Under the pieces are notes generated by a model. The model had not been told where the DNA came from. It saw only the letters and a program-made list of their open reading frames with translations, and searched no databases. A DNA stretch of 64,000 nucleotides from an uncultured Candidatus Saccharibacteria bacterium (GTDB lineage: Bacteria; Patescibacteriota; Minisyncoccia; Phycocordibacterales; UBA12088), in NCBI GenBank assembly GCA_964411375.1, contig CAYPKR010000002.1, positions 205,259-269,258 on the forward strand, written 5' to 3'. The translations under genes and the position numbers were made by a program. This document shows positions 15,821 to 25,724 of the stretch, piece after piece (the first letter of the stretch is position 1; each line of letters opens with the position of its first letter).

Positions 15821-17563
15821 ATGAATCTCGAACCAGCCAGACATTCCCTCGCCCATTTGCTCGCGGCAGCCGTGAAGCAGAAATTTCCGCACGCAAAGGC
15901 GACGATTGGTCCTGCAATCGATAATGGTTTTTATTACGACTTTGATTTCTCCGGCGGCGCATCTCCAAGCGAATCCGATTTGAAGGCACTTGAAGCCATG
16001 ATGCGAAATCTCCTGCCATCGTGGACTGAATTTTCTCACAAAGAAGTTTCGGCAGACGAAGCGCGCGAATTCTTTAAAGGAAATGAATACAAAACCGAGC
16101 TCATCAACGATCTCGAAAAAGAAGGTGCGACAATCACCTTCTACACCTGCGGTGGTTTTACTGATCTATGCCGTGGCGGACATTCTGAACATCCCGCAAA
16201 AGAAATTCCATCTGATTCATTCACCCTCGACCGCATCGCCGGCGCATATTGGCGTGGTGACGAAACAAAGCCAATGCTTACGCGTATTTATGGTTTAGCG
16301 TTTGAATCGAAAGAAGCGCTCGACGAGTATGTCGCAAAGCGCGAGGAAGCAAAAAAGCGTGATCATCGAAAACTAGCAAAGGAACAAGATCTGTTGGTTT
16401 TTTCCGATCTGGTAGGAGCCGGAATGCCCCTCTGGACGCCGCGCGGCAATATTCTTAGAAACCAAGTTATTTCCTATTCGCGTGAATTAAACACCGAACT
16501 TGGATTTGGTGAAGTGCATACGCCAAACATCAATAAAGGAGAACTCTTCAAAATTTCTGGTCACTACGACAAGTACAAAGAAGACATGCTGTCCGTTCGT
16601 TCCCAGTACGTGGAAGACGAAATGTTTATGAAGCCAATGAACTGCCCGCAACACACGCAGATCTATGCATCTCGTCCAAGAAGTTATCGCGACCTTCCGA
16701 TCCGCTACTCCGATTTTGCAAACCTCTATCGCGATGAACGGCCAGGAGAACTCTCTGGCCTTACGCGCCTCCGTATGTTTGCGCAAGATGACGGTCACAT
16801 TTTCTGTCGCGAAGATCAGATCGCCGATGAACTCCTGAAAGTACTTGATGTGATTAAACGCGCGCTTCAGGTCTATCAGATTGGATATTGGATTCGACTC
16901 TCACTTCGCGATTCAAAGAAAAAGGAAAAATATCTTGGAAATGATGCTGACTGGGAGCGATCAGAGCAAGAACTCCGCGACATTCTGGAAAAGAGCGGCG
17001 CAACATTTAAAGAAGTTGAGGGCGAAGCGGCATTTTACGGACCAAAACTCGATATCATGGCAGTCGATGCGCTTGGTCGCGAATGGCAAATTTCAACGAT
17101 TCAAGTTGATCGCAACATTCCTGCAAGATTCAAACTCGAATATGTCGCTGATGATGGTTCGAAGAAAACACCAGTTATGATTCACCGCGCCTTGATCGGC
17201 TCTCCGGATCGCTTCCTTGGCGTGTTGATCGAACATTACGCCGGTGCGTTTCCACTGTGGCTCTCACCAGTTCAAGTGAAAATTCTTCCGATTTCGGATA
17301 AGCAAAATGAATATGCCGAAAAAGTGTTTGGAATGTTGAAAGACGCAGGAATTCGCGCAGAACTCGATGATTCAAACGAAACCTTAGGCAAGAAAATCCG
17401 AAACGCAACACTTGAAAAAATTCCGTATACTCTAGTGATTGGTGACAAAGAAATCGAGTCAAATACGGTAACGGTTGAAAGTCGCGATAATGGAAAACTT
17501 GGTGCGCTTTCACTTGAAGACGCACTCACTCGATTCAAGAGTGAGATTGAGGAGAAGAAATAA
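15821..17563 (+). CDS. thrS: Threonyl-tRNA synthetase (short form lacking the N-terminal TGS domain)
   Basis: Class II motifs and the zinc site. I recognise the sequence as ThrRS (FRLEYVADDG, IHRALIGS), with an anticodon-binding C-terminus. Confidence 0.9.
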   Translation: MNLEPARHSLAHLLAAAVKQKFPHAKATIGPAIDNGFYYDFDFSGGASPSESDLKALEAMMRNLLPSWTEFSHKEVSADEAREFFKGNEYKTELINDLEKEGATITFYTCGGFTDLCRGGHSEHPAKEIPSDSFTLDRIAGAYWRGDETKPMLTRIYGLAFESKEALDEYVAKREEAKKRDHRKLAKEQDLLVFSDLVGAGMPLWTPRGNILRNQVISYSRELNTELGFGEVHTPNINKGELFKISGHYDKYKEDMLSVRSQYVEDEMFMKPMNCPQHTQIYASRPRSYRDLPIRYSDFANLYRDERPGELSGLTRLRMFAQDDGHIFCREDQIADELLKVLDVIKRALQVYQIGYWIRLSLRDSKKKEKYLGNDADWERSEQELRDILEKSGATFKEVEGEAAFYGPKLDIMAVDALGREWQISTIQVDRNIPARFKLEYVADDGSKKTPVMIHRALIGSPDRFLGVLIEHYAGAFPLWLSPVQVKILPISDKQNEYAEKVFGMLKDAGIRAELDDSNETLGKKIRNATLEKIPYTLVIGDKEIESNTVTVESRDNGKLGALSLEDALTRFKSEIEEKK

Positions 17564-17579
17564 TAGTAGAAAAGAATTT

Positions 17580-17607
17580 GCCGGATTTCCCTTTCGGGAA
17601 GTCCGGC
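17580..17607. terminator. Bidirectional terminator GCCGGATTTCCCtttcGGGAAGTCCGGC
   Basis: A GC hairpin followed by TTCTACTTTTAT, sitting between thrS and a minus-strand lipoprotein gene. Confidence 0.5.
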
Positions 17608-17616
17608 ATTCTACTT

Positions 17617-17997
17617 TTATCGCCCGAGGATTCGGGAACAATTTTCGTGCGAGCGATCTCTTTGGAGACACTTAAAGTATTCTCTTAGTTGGTCTTTAGT
17701 GAAGCGACCACGACCACGGTCATCGAAATCTCTGCCCGGTGGTCTAGGACAAACCCGCATCCCATGCGGCTCTCGTTTGAGGCAATCCTGATAATCGCCC
17801 CAGTCATACCTACGCGGGCGAGACTGATATTGATCGTCAGATGGTGAATTCCACCACCATGGAGGCGCTTGAGACTGCCTAGGTGCAGGAATAGACATCT
17901 GCGGTTGCCTTGGGACGCTTGCTCCACCCCTACTCGAGATAGCTGAGGAGCATGCCGCAAGTAAACAAAGAAGTAGGATAGCGAGGACGGTGCGCAT
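17617..17997 (-). CDS. Small secreted lipoprotein-like protein (126 aa)
   Basis: The signal peptide LLLCLLAAC-S resembles a lipobox. The mature part is Pro/Arg/Trp-rich. Confidence 0.4.
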   Translation of the reverse strand: MRTVLAILLLCLLAACSSAISSRGGASVPRQPQMSIPAPRQSQAPPWWWNSPSDDQYQSRPRRYDWGDYQDCLKREPHGMRVCPRPPGRDFDDRGRGRFTKDQLREYFKCLQRDRSHENCSRILGR

Positions 17998-18070
17998 CTA
18001 CACCTCCGCATGTCATTGATGACGCTTGCAATATTAAACAATAACTAATGAATTTTGGCAAATACAAATC

Positions 18071-18093
18071 CCCGCCGGCTCTTGGCCGGCGGG
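18071..18093 (-). terminator. Intrinsic terminator CCCGCCGGCtcttgGCCGGCGGG
   Basis: A 9-bp GC stem with T-rich flanks, downstream of the 724-aa gene. Confidence 0.5.
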
Positions 18094-18111
18094 GATTTGT
18101 ATTTTTAATAA

Positions 18112-20286
18112 TTACTTATTCTTCGATTTGAAGAATTCGATAGCTTTGGTGACTGCGAGTTTTGATGCAGTTTGTTCTGAAGAGTACGTGTAGTCGATAC
18201 CACTGATCATGATTGCGAGAAGTGATTCGAGCTCGTTGTTTGAGAAGACAGCAGTTTTCTCTGCAATTTTTGCATCAACAACTTTTCCGCCTTCGATTCG
18301 GTTCGTGTAGATCGAATCAAGGGATGCGATTACTTCGAGCATGAATGCATGTACGCGACCTTGTGCAGCGAGCGTGCGGAGCATTTTGTATGCATCCTCT
18401 TCCTTCCCTTCCGCGATTGCGGTCATGAAGTTTGCAGAGTTGATTTCCTTTGGCATAGGCACCGAGTAGCTTTGTGCTACTGGAGCGACTACGGGTGCTG
18501 GTGCAGGAGTAATTGCTGCCTTGAACTGCTCGGTGATTTCGCGAACATGATTCGTGACTGGTGCAACAACTTCTGAAACAACCGTAGGGACGAGTGTCTG
18601 CAATCGTTCGCGATTAATGAGAATCCAACCATCTTCGCGTGGGAAAGATGCTTTTGCACTCTCGACAACTGATTCAACAATATTCAAGACTGCGCTTTCA
18701 ATTGCATTTCCTTTCGCGATGAGTGCATCGACAACTTCTGGTGAGAAGAGAACCTGATTGCTGTGCGCATGATTCTCAATCGCATCTTTGAGTGAAGATG
18801 CCGTTTGGACGAATCGTGGAGCAGCTGGTGCTTCGAACGAAGTTCCGGGAAGATTCATTGGAGCGGCACTCATGCGACTTTCTGCATACGCATTTTCCAT
18901 TACTTCCTTCTGCTCTTCAGGAGTCACAACGTAGTGTGTCTGATTTGCAGATTGATTTGAATTGCGTGATGCGCCAAGGAGTGCTGCGGCAAACTTCCAG
19001 AGTACATTCTTGATGATAATGTAGTATGCGATTACGCCAGAGATTACTACGAGTGCGAGCCAGTAGAGTGCCGTTTCAAGGGGTGTTGCAGGAAAACCAG
19101 TGTATGGAACCTGTGAAAGGTAGACGAATGCGAGCGGACTTTCATTTGGAAGATCGCGCTTCGACATTTCAACGCGTGGCTGATCGAATCCGCCTCCGCC
19201 ACAGTTAACCGTACATGGTGGTGGCGTTACTTTTACGCGTGCAGTACATACTGCGGTGCCGTATTTTCCGGTAAAGGTCCCCGTGTAGAGTGTTTCTTGA
19301 TTGGGAATGAATGTACGTGATCCAGAAGGCGAAACGGTTGCAATGCCGTTATCGATAAAGCCGGAATCAACATTCGATGCGTCCCAAGTGAGAGTAACTG
19401 AATCTCCTTTTCCTTGCACAACCGTTTCTGGAGAAAGTGACATGGTGCATGACGGCGTGTAATCAACGGTCTTTGGCTTTACGGTGATGGTTTTCTTACA
19501 TGTTACTTTCTTGTTGTAGTCACCGATGAAGGTTGCAGTGAATGTCGTTGTCTTCGTAACCTGTACATCTTTTGATCCATTGTGGTGTTCGAGTATACCG
19601 ACACCATTGTCCATAGATCCAGAATTCGTGTTCTCCGAATCCCAGGTGAGACGTACGGTGCCGCCGCCGTATTCGAGTACGCTCTTATCTGCATCAAGCG
19701 TACACATAGGATCGCTTGGTGGAGGAGTAACGACGATCGTTACTTCGCAGGTTTTTGTTTTTCCATTTTTATCTTTGAAGGTAATGGTGTAGGTAGTCGT
19801 AACTGTTGGAGATACTTTCTTCGAACCAGAAACTGCTACCGAACCAACACCGTTATCCATAACCGCAGATACTGCGTTTTCAGAATCCCATGAGATGGTT
19901 GTTGATTCACCTGCAGTGATTGTTTTCTTCGTTGCAGAAATGCTGCAGTTACATGGTGGTGGAGTCGTTACAATGATAGTAACGCCACAGGTGCGAGTTC
20001 CCTTTGAATCAGAAACAGTACCAGTGTAGGTGGTAGTAACCGTTGGAGATACGGTGACCGAACTATTGTTCTTGGTGATGGTGCCAATACCATTGTCGAT
20101 GACAAATTTGTCAGGATAGCTGTATGTCCATGAAAGCTTTGCGCTTTCACCCGATACGATTGTTGTCTTGTCGACAGAAAGTGCGCAGGTCCACGCGGCC
20201 ACCTTGTGGTCGGGAATCGCGAGCACAGAAAACGCGGCCGCAACAACGGCAACGATTACGAAAAGCGGAATAGTTATCTTGTTCAT
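18112..20286 (-). CDS. Large surface protein with 4-5 tandem Ig-like repeats, a central TM segment and a C-terminal cytoplasmic domain
   Basis: A signal peptide and ~70-aa repeats ending ...TC.VTI.VTPPP. A TM segment follows (LYWLALVVISGVIAYYIII), then a 300-aa C-terminal domain. There is no LPXTG. Confidence 0.65.
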   Translation of the reverse strand: MNKITIPLFVIVAVVAAAFSVLAIPDHKVAAWTCALSVDKTTIVSGESAKLSWTYSYPDKFVIDNGIGTITKNNSSVTVSPTVTTTYTGTVSDSKGTRTCGVTIIVTTPPPCNCSISATKKTITAGESTTISWDSENAVSAVMDNGVGSVAVSGSKKVSPTVTTTYTITFKDKNGKTKTCEVTIVVTPPPSDPMCTLDADKSVLEYGGGTVRLTWDSENTNSGSMDNGVGILEHHNGSKDVQVTKTTTFTATFIGDYNKKVTCKKTITVKPKTVDYTPSCTMSLSPETVVQGKGDSVTLTWDASNVDSGFIDNGIATVSPSGSRTFIPNQETLYTGTFTGKYGTAVCTARVKVTPPPCTVNCGGGGFDQPRVEMSKRDLPNESPLAFVYLSQVPYTGFPATPLETALYWLALVVISGVIAYYIIIKNVLWKFAAALLGASRNSNQSANQTHYVVTPEEQKEVMENAYAESRMSAAPMNLPGTSFEAPAAPRFVQTASSLKDAIENHAHSNQVLFSPEVVDALIAKGNAIESAVLNIVESVVESAKASFPREDGWILINRERLQTLVPTVVSEVVAPVTNHVREITEQFKAAITPAPAPVVAPVAQSYSVPMPKEINSANFMTAIAEGKEEDAYKMLRTLAAQGRVHAFMLEVIASLDSIYTNRIEGGKVVDAKIAEKTAVFSNNELESLLAIMISGIDYTYSSEQTASKLAVTKAIEFFKSKNK

Positions 20287-20340
20287 ACGTATTTTTTAAT
20301 AATTACCTGACAATCTGATAAATTGGCACCTTCTTTACAG

Positions 20341-20391
20341 AAAGTTATTCATTGTCGAACCCTTAAGGGGTGTTCGACAATGAATAACTTT
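20341..20391. repeat. Perfect 20-bp inverted repeat AAAGTTATTCATTGTCGAAC-(11)-GTTCGACAATGAATAACTTT
   Basis: One arm encodes the last 9 codons of the sortase. The other arm lies just past its stop, about 55 bp upstream of the start of the 724-aa gene. Confidence 0.6.
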
Positions 20392-21046
20392 CCACAAATA
20401 CTGCTTCGACCACATATCGACGATCTTTACCGCCGAATGAATCACAGGTTGAGAGGACGAGACGCTTACCGTGTCCGGTCAAATCAACACGTACTTCACT
20501 TGCTGCCGCTTCAGTCACCGAGATAACTCGATAGACGTTTTCGACATTCTTTGACTGCACATGAATCAGGTCACCGTTCTCAAACTTTTTGATGTTGTTG
20601 AACGTCTTATAGAACTGATTATGGACAATCGGTACGACAGAAGAATGACCGAAGAGGAACATCGTTCCTGAATCTCCCATCAAACTTGAGCCTGGGTAGC
20701 GAACCGCACCTTTGAGGAGCGCAGCATCCAGAGCTTCAACATTTCGGCTTTCTGGGTTCAAAATCGGCATATCGAGACCGATCGTTGAGGCAACAATGCG
20801 AAGTGGTTCTTCGTTTGCTGAAACGGTTACCGACGGATTTCCACCCTTGTCAGTGAGGCTCGTTTTTGAGACTTCTGCATCAGCACGAAGACCTGCTTCG
20901 GGCACGATATCAAGGACAGAGAGGATCGCAAAGAGTGCGAAGAAGACCACAATCAAGCAAAAGATAAACGCAAGGCGCTTTTCTTCGATTTTTCCCGCAA
21001 CACGGGCAACCTTTATGCTGAATGGCTCCTTATGCATTGTGCTCAC
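20363..21046 (-). CDS. Sortase family transpeptidase
   Basis: An N-terminal TM segment, FLFGHSS (His), LVLSTCD (the TLXTC Cys) and a downstream Arg. Confidence 0.8.
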   Translation of the reverse strand: MSTMHKEPFSIKVARVAGKIEEKRLAFIFCLIVVFFALFAILSVLDIVPEAGLRADAEVSKTSLTDKGGNPSVTVSANEEPLRIVASTIGLDMPILNPESRNVEALDAALLKGAVRYPGSSLMGDSGTMFLFGHSSVVPIVHNQFYKTFNNIKKFENGDLIHVQSKNVENVYRVISVTEAAASEVRVDLTGHGKRLVLSTCDSFGGKDRRYVVEAVFVESYSLSNTP

Positions 21047-21228
21047 TTTACGGCTCTATGTAAGCCTAAAAAGCAAAAACTCGAATCGGGTTTCCGGTCG
21101 AGCTCATAGATTTATACACTATAAAAATATTTATGTCAAGCCACTTTCCTCCACAATTAAAGAAAAGATGTCGGAGAGAAGGGTCATTATGGACCATTTC
21201 TCCCCGGCAAATCTGATCAACCTCACTA

Positions 21229-21762
21229 TCATACGGGGAGCTCATTAATTGCAAAATCGGTCACGATGGCATACCAAATCTTGGCATCTGGACCAAGAGC
21301 AGAAACTATCTGAAAGCGAAGCCCGTCGAGAAGAATGTTGTCTTTGACGACATCAATAGCCGCTAACCAGATGCCGTCGTCCTCACCTGAAATACGACAC
21401 TCTTTGCCCTCCTTGGAATATTGCTCAATAAGCGCTCTTGCTTCCAAATGTGATTTTTGGCCAACACTAACAATCTGATTCAGTGGCTCAAGACTTGAAC
21501 AAATGCCCCCTCCGACGAGAAGGAACAACTGACCCGGGTGTACCTTGGCCTCACTAGCTGTGAAAGCCAAGAAGTTTATGCATAGAGACAACGTGCTAAC
21601 AAGAAGGATTCTCACCGTAAGTCTCCTATCTATCGGGGACTTTTCGCCCACTAAAATACTCTTATGCTCCCATTTACAGATATCGTCAATACGATTTGAT
21701 ATCAAACAGATCTGCTTGACAAGAGAAAATAAGTATGATAAGAATGGGCAACTTTGAGGCAT
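21229..21762 (-). CDS. Hypothetical protein
   Basis: An ORF of 177 aa, of which only the C-terminal ~100 aa look globular. No motif was found. Confidence 0.3.
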   Translation of the reverse strand: MPQSCPFLSYLFSLVKQICLISNRIDDICKWEHKSILVGEKSPIDRRLTVRILLVSTLSLCINFLAFTASEAKVHPGQLFLLVGGGICSSLEPLNQIVSVGQKSHLEARALIEQYSKEGKECRISGEDDGIWLAAIDVVKDNILLDGLRFQIVSALGPDAKIWYAIVTDFAINELPV

Positions 21763-21811
21763 GCCCGAACGGCGGCTTTGAGGGGGAAATTACCAGCCAT
21801 TACCAACAAGT

Positions 21812-22906
21812 ATGGAAAATAATCAGAATAAGAAGAAAAATTTTGAGAATGCAGCGATGAAGACGCTTGCGGTTCTTGGTTTGCTCGCCGTTCTCGGCGT
21901 CGGTTTGTGGGGATCGGTTGCACTCGTTCGCGTAATGCCAAAGGCATTCTCTGCGATTGGTAAGACGATCTCTACTGCCGCAGTATCGCTTTCGAGCATT
22001 TTCATTCCAGCAGAAAATCTCGCACTTACTTCAAGTGCTGCAACCGTAAATTCGGGCGAATCATTTACGCTCACGTTTGCACACACTGGCAAGCACGCAC
22101 CTGGAGGCTATTCCCTCTCGCTTCCCTGCCGCGATGGCGTTGCCGTTGATTTCTCAACGACTGAAACTGGCGCATACACTCCAGTTAACTGCGGTGCAAC
22201 CAGTACTCCACTCACTATGGGTGCAGACAATGGTGTTATCCGCATGATCGCCCTCTCAACGAAAAATCGTTATACCGATGTTCCGTTCACGCTTTCATTC
22301 ACTACGGAATCAGGTTCAGTAATTACTGATTCGGTTACCGTAACGGTTGTTAACAACAAAGTTGCGGATAACTCAACTACTACCGGATCAACGACTTCAA
22401 ATTCAAATTCCGGAACAACTGGTTCAACCGGAACACACACGACACCAGGAAATACAACAACTGATGTTCGTCCAATTCCAACGACCAATCCAAATCCAGT
22501 AAATAATCCAAATGGTCAGGCAGACCTCGCAGTCACCTTCGTTGACTTCGGATACATCGATTCAGCAACGAATGCATTCGTTTCTTCAACAACTCCTTCG
22601 ACCAATCCAAGCATGAAGCTTGCGGTGAAGTTCTCGATTGCAAATATCGGAACAAAAGCAACCGGCGACAACTGGCAGTTTGCGGCAAATCTTCCAACGA
22701 TGCCAAATTACATCTACCAGTCAGATGCGCAGCGCATTCTTGCTCCTGGAGATCGAATCGAATATACACTCGCATTCGATGAAGCGATCCGCGATCAGTC
22801 ATTGCTCTCAGTCACGGTCAATGCAGACATCAACAACCGCGTAAATGAACGAAACAAGGATAACAATCTTGTGACGAAACAGTTCACGGTTGTGAAGACG
22901 AAGTAA
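21812..22906 (+). CDS. Secreted protein with a C-terminal CARDB-like domain
   Basis: An N-terminal TM segment and a Thr/Ser-rich linker. The C-terminus (ADLAVTFVDFG...NERNKDNN) resembles a CARDB domain. Confidence 0.55.
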   Translation: MENNQNKKKNFENAAMKTLAVLGLLAVLGVGLWGSVALVRVMPKAFSAIGKTISTAAVSLSSIFIPAENLALTSSAATVNSGESFTLTFAHTGKHAPGGYSLSLPCRDGVAVDFSTTETGAYTPVNCGATSTPLTMGADNGVIRMIALSTKNRYTDVPFTLSFTTESGSVITDSVTVTVVNNKVADNSTTTGSTTSNSNSGTTGSTGTHTTPGNTTTDVRPIPTTNPNPVNNPNGQADLAVTFVDFGYIDSATNAFVSSTTPSTNPSMKLAVKFSIANIGTKATGDNWQFAANLPTMPNYIYQSDAQRILAPGDRIEYTLAFDEAIRDQSLLSVTVNADINNRVNERNKDNNLVTKQFTVVKTK

Positions 22907-22922
22907 TCTCTTACAGTAATTA

Positions 22923-22955
22923 CAACAAACAGGCCCGAGCGAAGCTCGGGCCTGT
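22923..22955 (+). terminator. Intrinsic terminator AACAGGCCCGAGCgaaGCTCGGGCCTGTT
   Basis: A 13-bp stem followed by TGTTGACAGATTATTTT. Confidence 0.5.
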
Positions 22956-23020
22956 TTGTTGACAGATTATTTTAAGAAAGCTACTTTGAAAAAAGAACTC
23001 TTACGAAAGGTATCAGGATC

Positions 23021-23185
23021 ATGTGGGACGGTTTCCACTACTCTCCGGACAATTACGCAGACTCCACCAAAGAGAAAAAAGGGCTTTTTTGGTGGGTCGG
23101 CGTATGTGCATTAGTCGTTGTCCTATATTTGATCTGCCGAATTCCGGCGGAATTACATTTCTTGACTTCAATATCTCCTGACTGA
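23021..23185 (+). CDS. Unlisted small membrane protein (54 aa)
   Basis: AAAGG lies 10 nt upstream of the ATG. The product is MWDGFHYSPDNYADSTKEKKGLFWWVGVCALVVVLYLICRIPAELHFLTSISPD, with one TM segment. A terminator hairpin GGGGCGCCcgcaGGCGCCCC plus a T-run follows at 23208-23240. Confidence 0.35.
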   Translation: MWDGFHYSPDNYADSTKEKKGLFWWVGVCALVVVLYLICRIPAELHFLTSISPD

Positions 23186-23255
23186 CCTACTGAAGGGAGA
23201 ACAATCGAAGGGGCGCCCGCAGGCGCCCCTTTTCATTTTCCTTATTGATTTTTAT

Positions 23256-23673
23256 CTACTGGAGCCTTCTCACAAGGATCTGAAAGGGTGTTCGAGGTCG
23301 TCGCCTGATCACTCCACGGTTCCTTGCGAGTTCACTAACTAAGTCATCAACGGCTTTGATAGCTCGTCTAAATATTTCTTCCCAAATGTTCACTTTGTCA
23401 GTGATCCACAGATCGAGATTCAAGCCATATCGATAGAAGTATCGGTGCGTACCCGAAGAGTGTATCGCTCGCATTTCTTGCTCAAAAACAATCACCGATT
23501 ACCGTGCGAAGAACAAATCGAACACCACGCATTTCCATGCGCCGTATACAGACCGCCCGCGCAACTGCTGGATCAGTGTGGATATCTAGAAGCCAAGGAC
23601 TACCGTAGTACATCGAAATTCCTCCATGCTGTTTCGCTGCACGGATAGCAAGGGAAAATTCCTCTACACGCAA
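23256..23673 (-). CDS. Two tandem small ORFs downstream of gyrB (about 43 aa and 72 aa from their internal ATGs)
   Basis: The first (MYYGSPWLLDIH...) is preceded by GGAGG 7 nt upstream. The second starts 17 nt after the first stop. The region is GC-rich and I could not assign a function. Confidence 0.2.
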
Positions 23674-23687
23674 GGAGTCTATATCTT

Positions 23688-25724
23688 CTACACATCCAAT
23701 TCGGCGAGCTTTGCGTTCGACTGGATGAATGTCTTTCTCGATGATACGTCGCTTCCCATCAAAATATCGAATATTTTGTCTGCCGCTTCGGCATCTTCAA
23801 TTGTTACTTGCTTCAAAATTCGGCGAGTTGGATCCATTGTGGTTTCCCAAAGCTCCTCGTAGTTCATTTCTCCCAAACCTTTGTAGCGCTGAATATTTAC
23901 TTTCTTAGCACGCTTTGCCTTTACTTCCTCCGCATCAGATTCAAGTTCTTCACCGAGATTTTCTTCGGCTTCAACATCATCTGATTCTTTGACACCCATT
24001 TTCTTGAGGATGGCAAATTTTTCTTCGTCAGAAAATGCGTAGTGTACTTCTTTCCCTTGCGAAACTTTGTAGAGCGGTGGCTGTGCAATGTAGAGGAATC
24101 CGCCTTCGATAATCGGACGGAAATAACGGAAGAAAAGTGTGAGGAAGAGTGTGCGGATGTGTGCGCCGTCCACGTCGGCATCTGACGCAATGATTATCTT
24201 GTGATAGCGGAGTTTTGAAATATCAAAGGTATCGCCGATTGCGGTTCCCATCGCAATAATGAGTTCTTTCACTCCGCGCGCGGTCACGATCTTATCGAGA
24301 CGTGCACGCTCGACATTCAAAACCTTGCCCCACATCGGAAGGATTGCTTGGGTGCGACGATCACGTCCCTGTTTTGCCGAACCTCCTGCCGAGTCTCCCT
24401 CAACGATGAAGATTTCCGCTTCTGATGCATCCTTGGTCTGACAGTCAGCAAGTTTTCCTGGAAGAGTCATTCCTTCGAGCGCCCCTTTGCGAAGAACGCT
24501 ATCCTTTGCAGCCTTAGCTGCAAGACGTGCTTTTACGGCGAGGATCGCTTTTGAAACGATTGATTTTGCATCATCAGGATTTTCTTCAAGGAACATCGAG
24601 AATGCTTCGCCGAACGCACCTTCGACTGCACCACGTGCTTCAACGCTCCCTAGTTTTGCCTTTGTCTGTCCCTCAAACTGAATTTCACGAAGCTTTACCG
24701 ACACGACTGCAGTCAATCCTTCGAGAACGTCATCTCCCGTAAATGCATCATTACCTTTAAGGATATTATTATTTTTTCCGTACGTATTGAGCGTCCTTGT
24801 GAGTGCCGTTTTAAAACCAGTCACATGCGTACCACCTTCGCTGTTGTAAATGTTATTTGCAAACGCGAGTGTGCGCGGCGTGATATCGTCGACATACTGA
24901 AGCGCAACTTCAACATCAACGCCATCGAGCTCTTTTTCGATGTAGAAAATATTTTTGTGGATCGGTTTCTGGTATTGATTGTAGAAAGAGATGAGCGAGC
25001 GAAGTCCTCCTTCGAAGTAGAACGTTTGGGACGGCACTTCAAGTCCAAGTTCGCGGAAATAAAATACGTCAGCGAGATCAATCTTGCCATCAAAGTCGCG
25101 TGCATCAATAACCGAAATACGGAGTCCCTTTACCAAGTACGCCTGCTGGCGCATGTGCGAAACGATTTTGTTCCAATCAAATTTTACTTCCTTGAAAATC
25201 TCAACATCCGGTTCAAAGGTAATGATCGTGCCATGATCTTTTGACGAACCAATCTTCTTAACCGCCGCTTTCTTTTTTCCCTGCTTGTACTCCTGGTAGT
25301 AAATACCACCATCGCGATGCACAATCGCATCCATGTAGATCGAAAGCGCGTTCACGACCGAGGCACCGACTCCGTGGAGACCGCCAGACACTTTGTAACC
25401 TTCGCCGCCGAATTTACCACCGGCATGCAAGGTCGTCATGATCGTTTCGAGCGCCGAGACTTTGGTTTGTTTGTGCGTATCAACCGGAATACCGCGGCCG
25501 TTGTCAGTAACGCGAACGCGATCATGTGGAAGGAGGACGACTTCAATATCATTACAAAAACCACCCATTGCTTCGTCGCGAGAGTTGTCGAAAATTTCAG
25601 TGATCAAATGGTGCAAACCATCGGGACCAGTGGTGCCGATGTACATGCCCGGACGCTTACGTACCGGCTCCAATCCTTCAAGGACGGAGATTTGATCTGC
25701 GGTATAGGATGATGCTTTTGCCAT
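23688..25724 (-). CDS. gyrB: DNA gyrase subunit B
   Basis: GHKL ATPase, TOPRIM (EGDSAGGSAKQGRDR) and the C-terminal tail are all present over the full length. Confidence 0.95.
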   Translation of the reverse strand: MAKASSYTADQISVLEGLEPVRKRPGMYIGTTGPDGLHHLITEIFDNSRDEAMGGFCNDIEVVLLPHDRVRVTDNGRGIPVDTHKQTKVSALETIMTTLHAGGKFGGEGYKVSGGLHGVGASVVNALSIYMDAIVHRDGGIYYQEYKQGKKKAAVKKIGSSKDHGTIITFEPDVEIFKEVKFDWNKIVSHMRQQAYLVKGLRISVIDARDFDGKIDLADVFYFRELGLEVPSQTFYFEGGLRSLISFYNQYQKPIHKNIFYIEKELDGVDVEVALQYVDDITPRTLAFANNIYNSEGGTHVTGFKTALTRTLNTYGKNNNILKGNDAFTGDDVLEGLTAVVSVKLREIQFEGQTKAKLGSVEARGAVEGAFGEAFSMFLEENPDDAKSIVSKAILAVKARLAAKAAKDSVLRKGALEGMTLPGKLADCQTKDASEAEIFIVEGDSAGGSAKQGRDRRTQAILPMWGKVLNVERARLDKIVTARGVKELIIAMGTAIGDTFDISKLRYHKIIIASDADVDGAHIRTLFLTLFFRYFRPIIEGGFLYIAQPPLYKVSQGKEVHYAFSDEEKFAILKKMGVKESDDVEAEENLGEELESDAEEVKAKRAKKVNIQRYKGLGEMNYEELWETTMDPTRRILKQVTIEDAEAADKIFDILMGSDVSSRKTFIQSNAKLAELDV

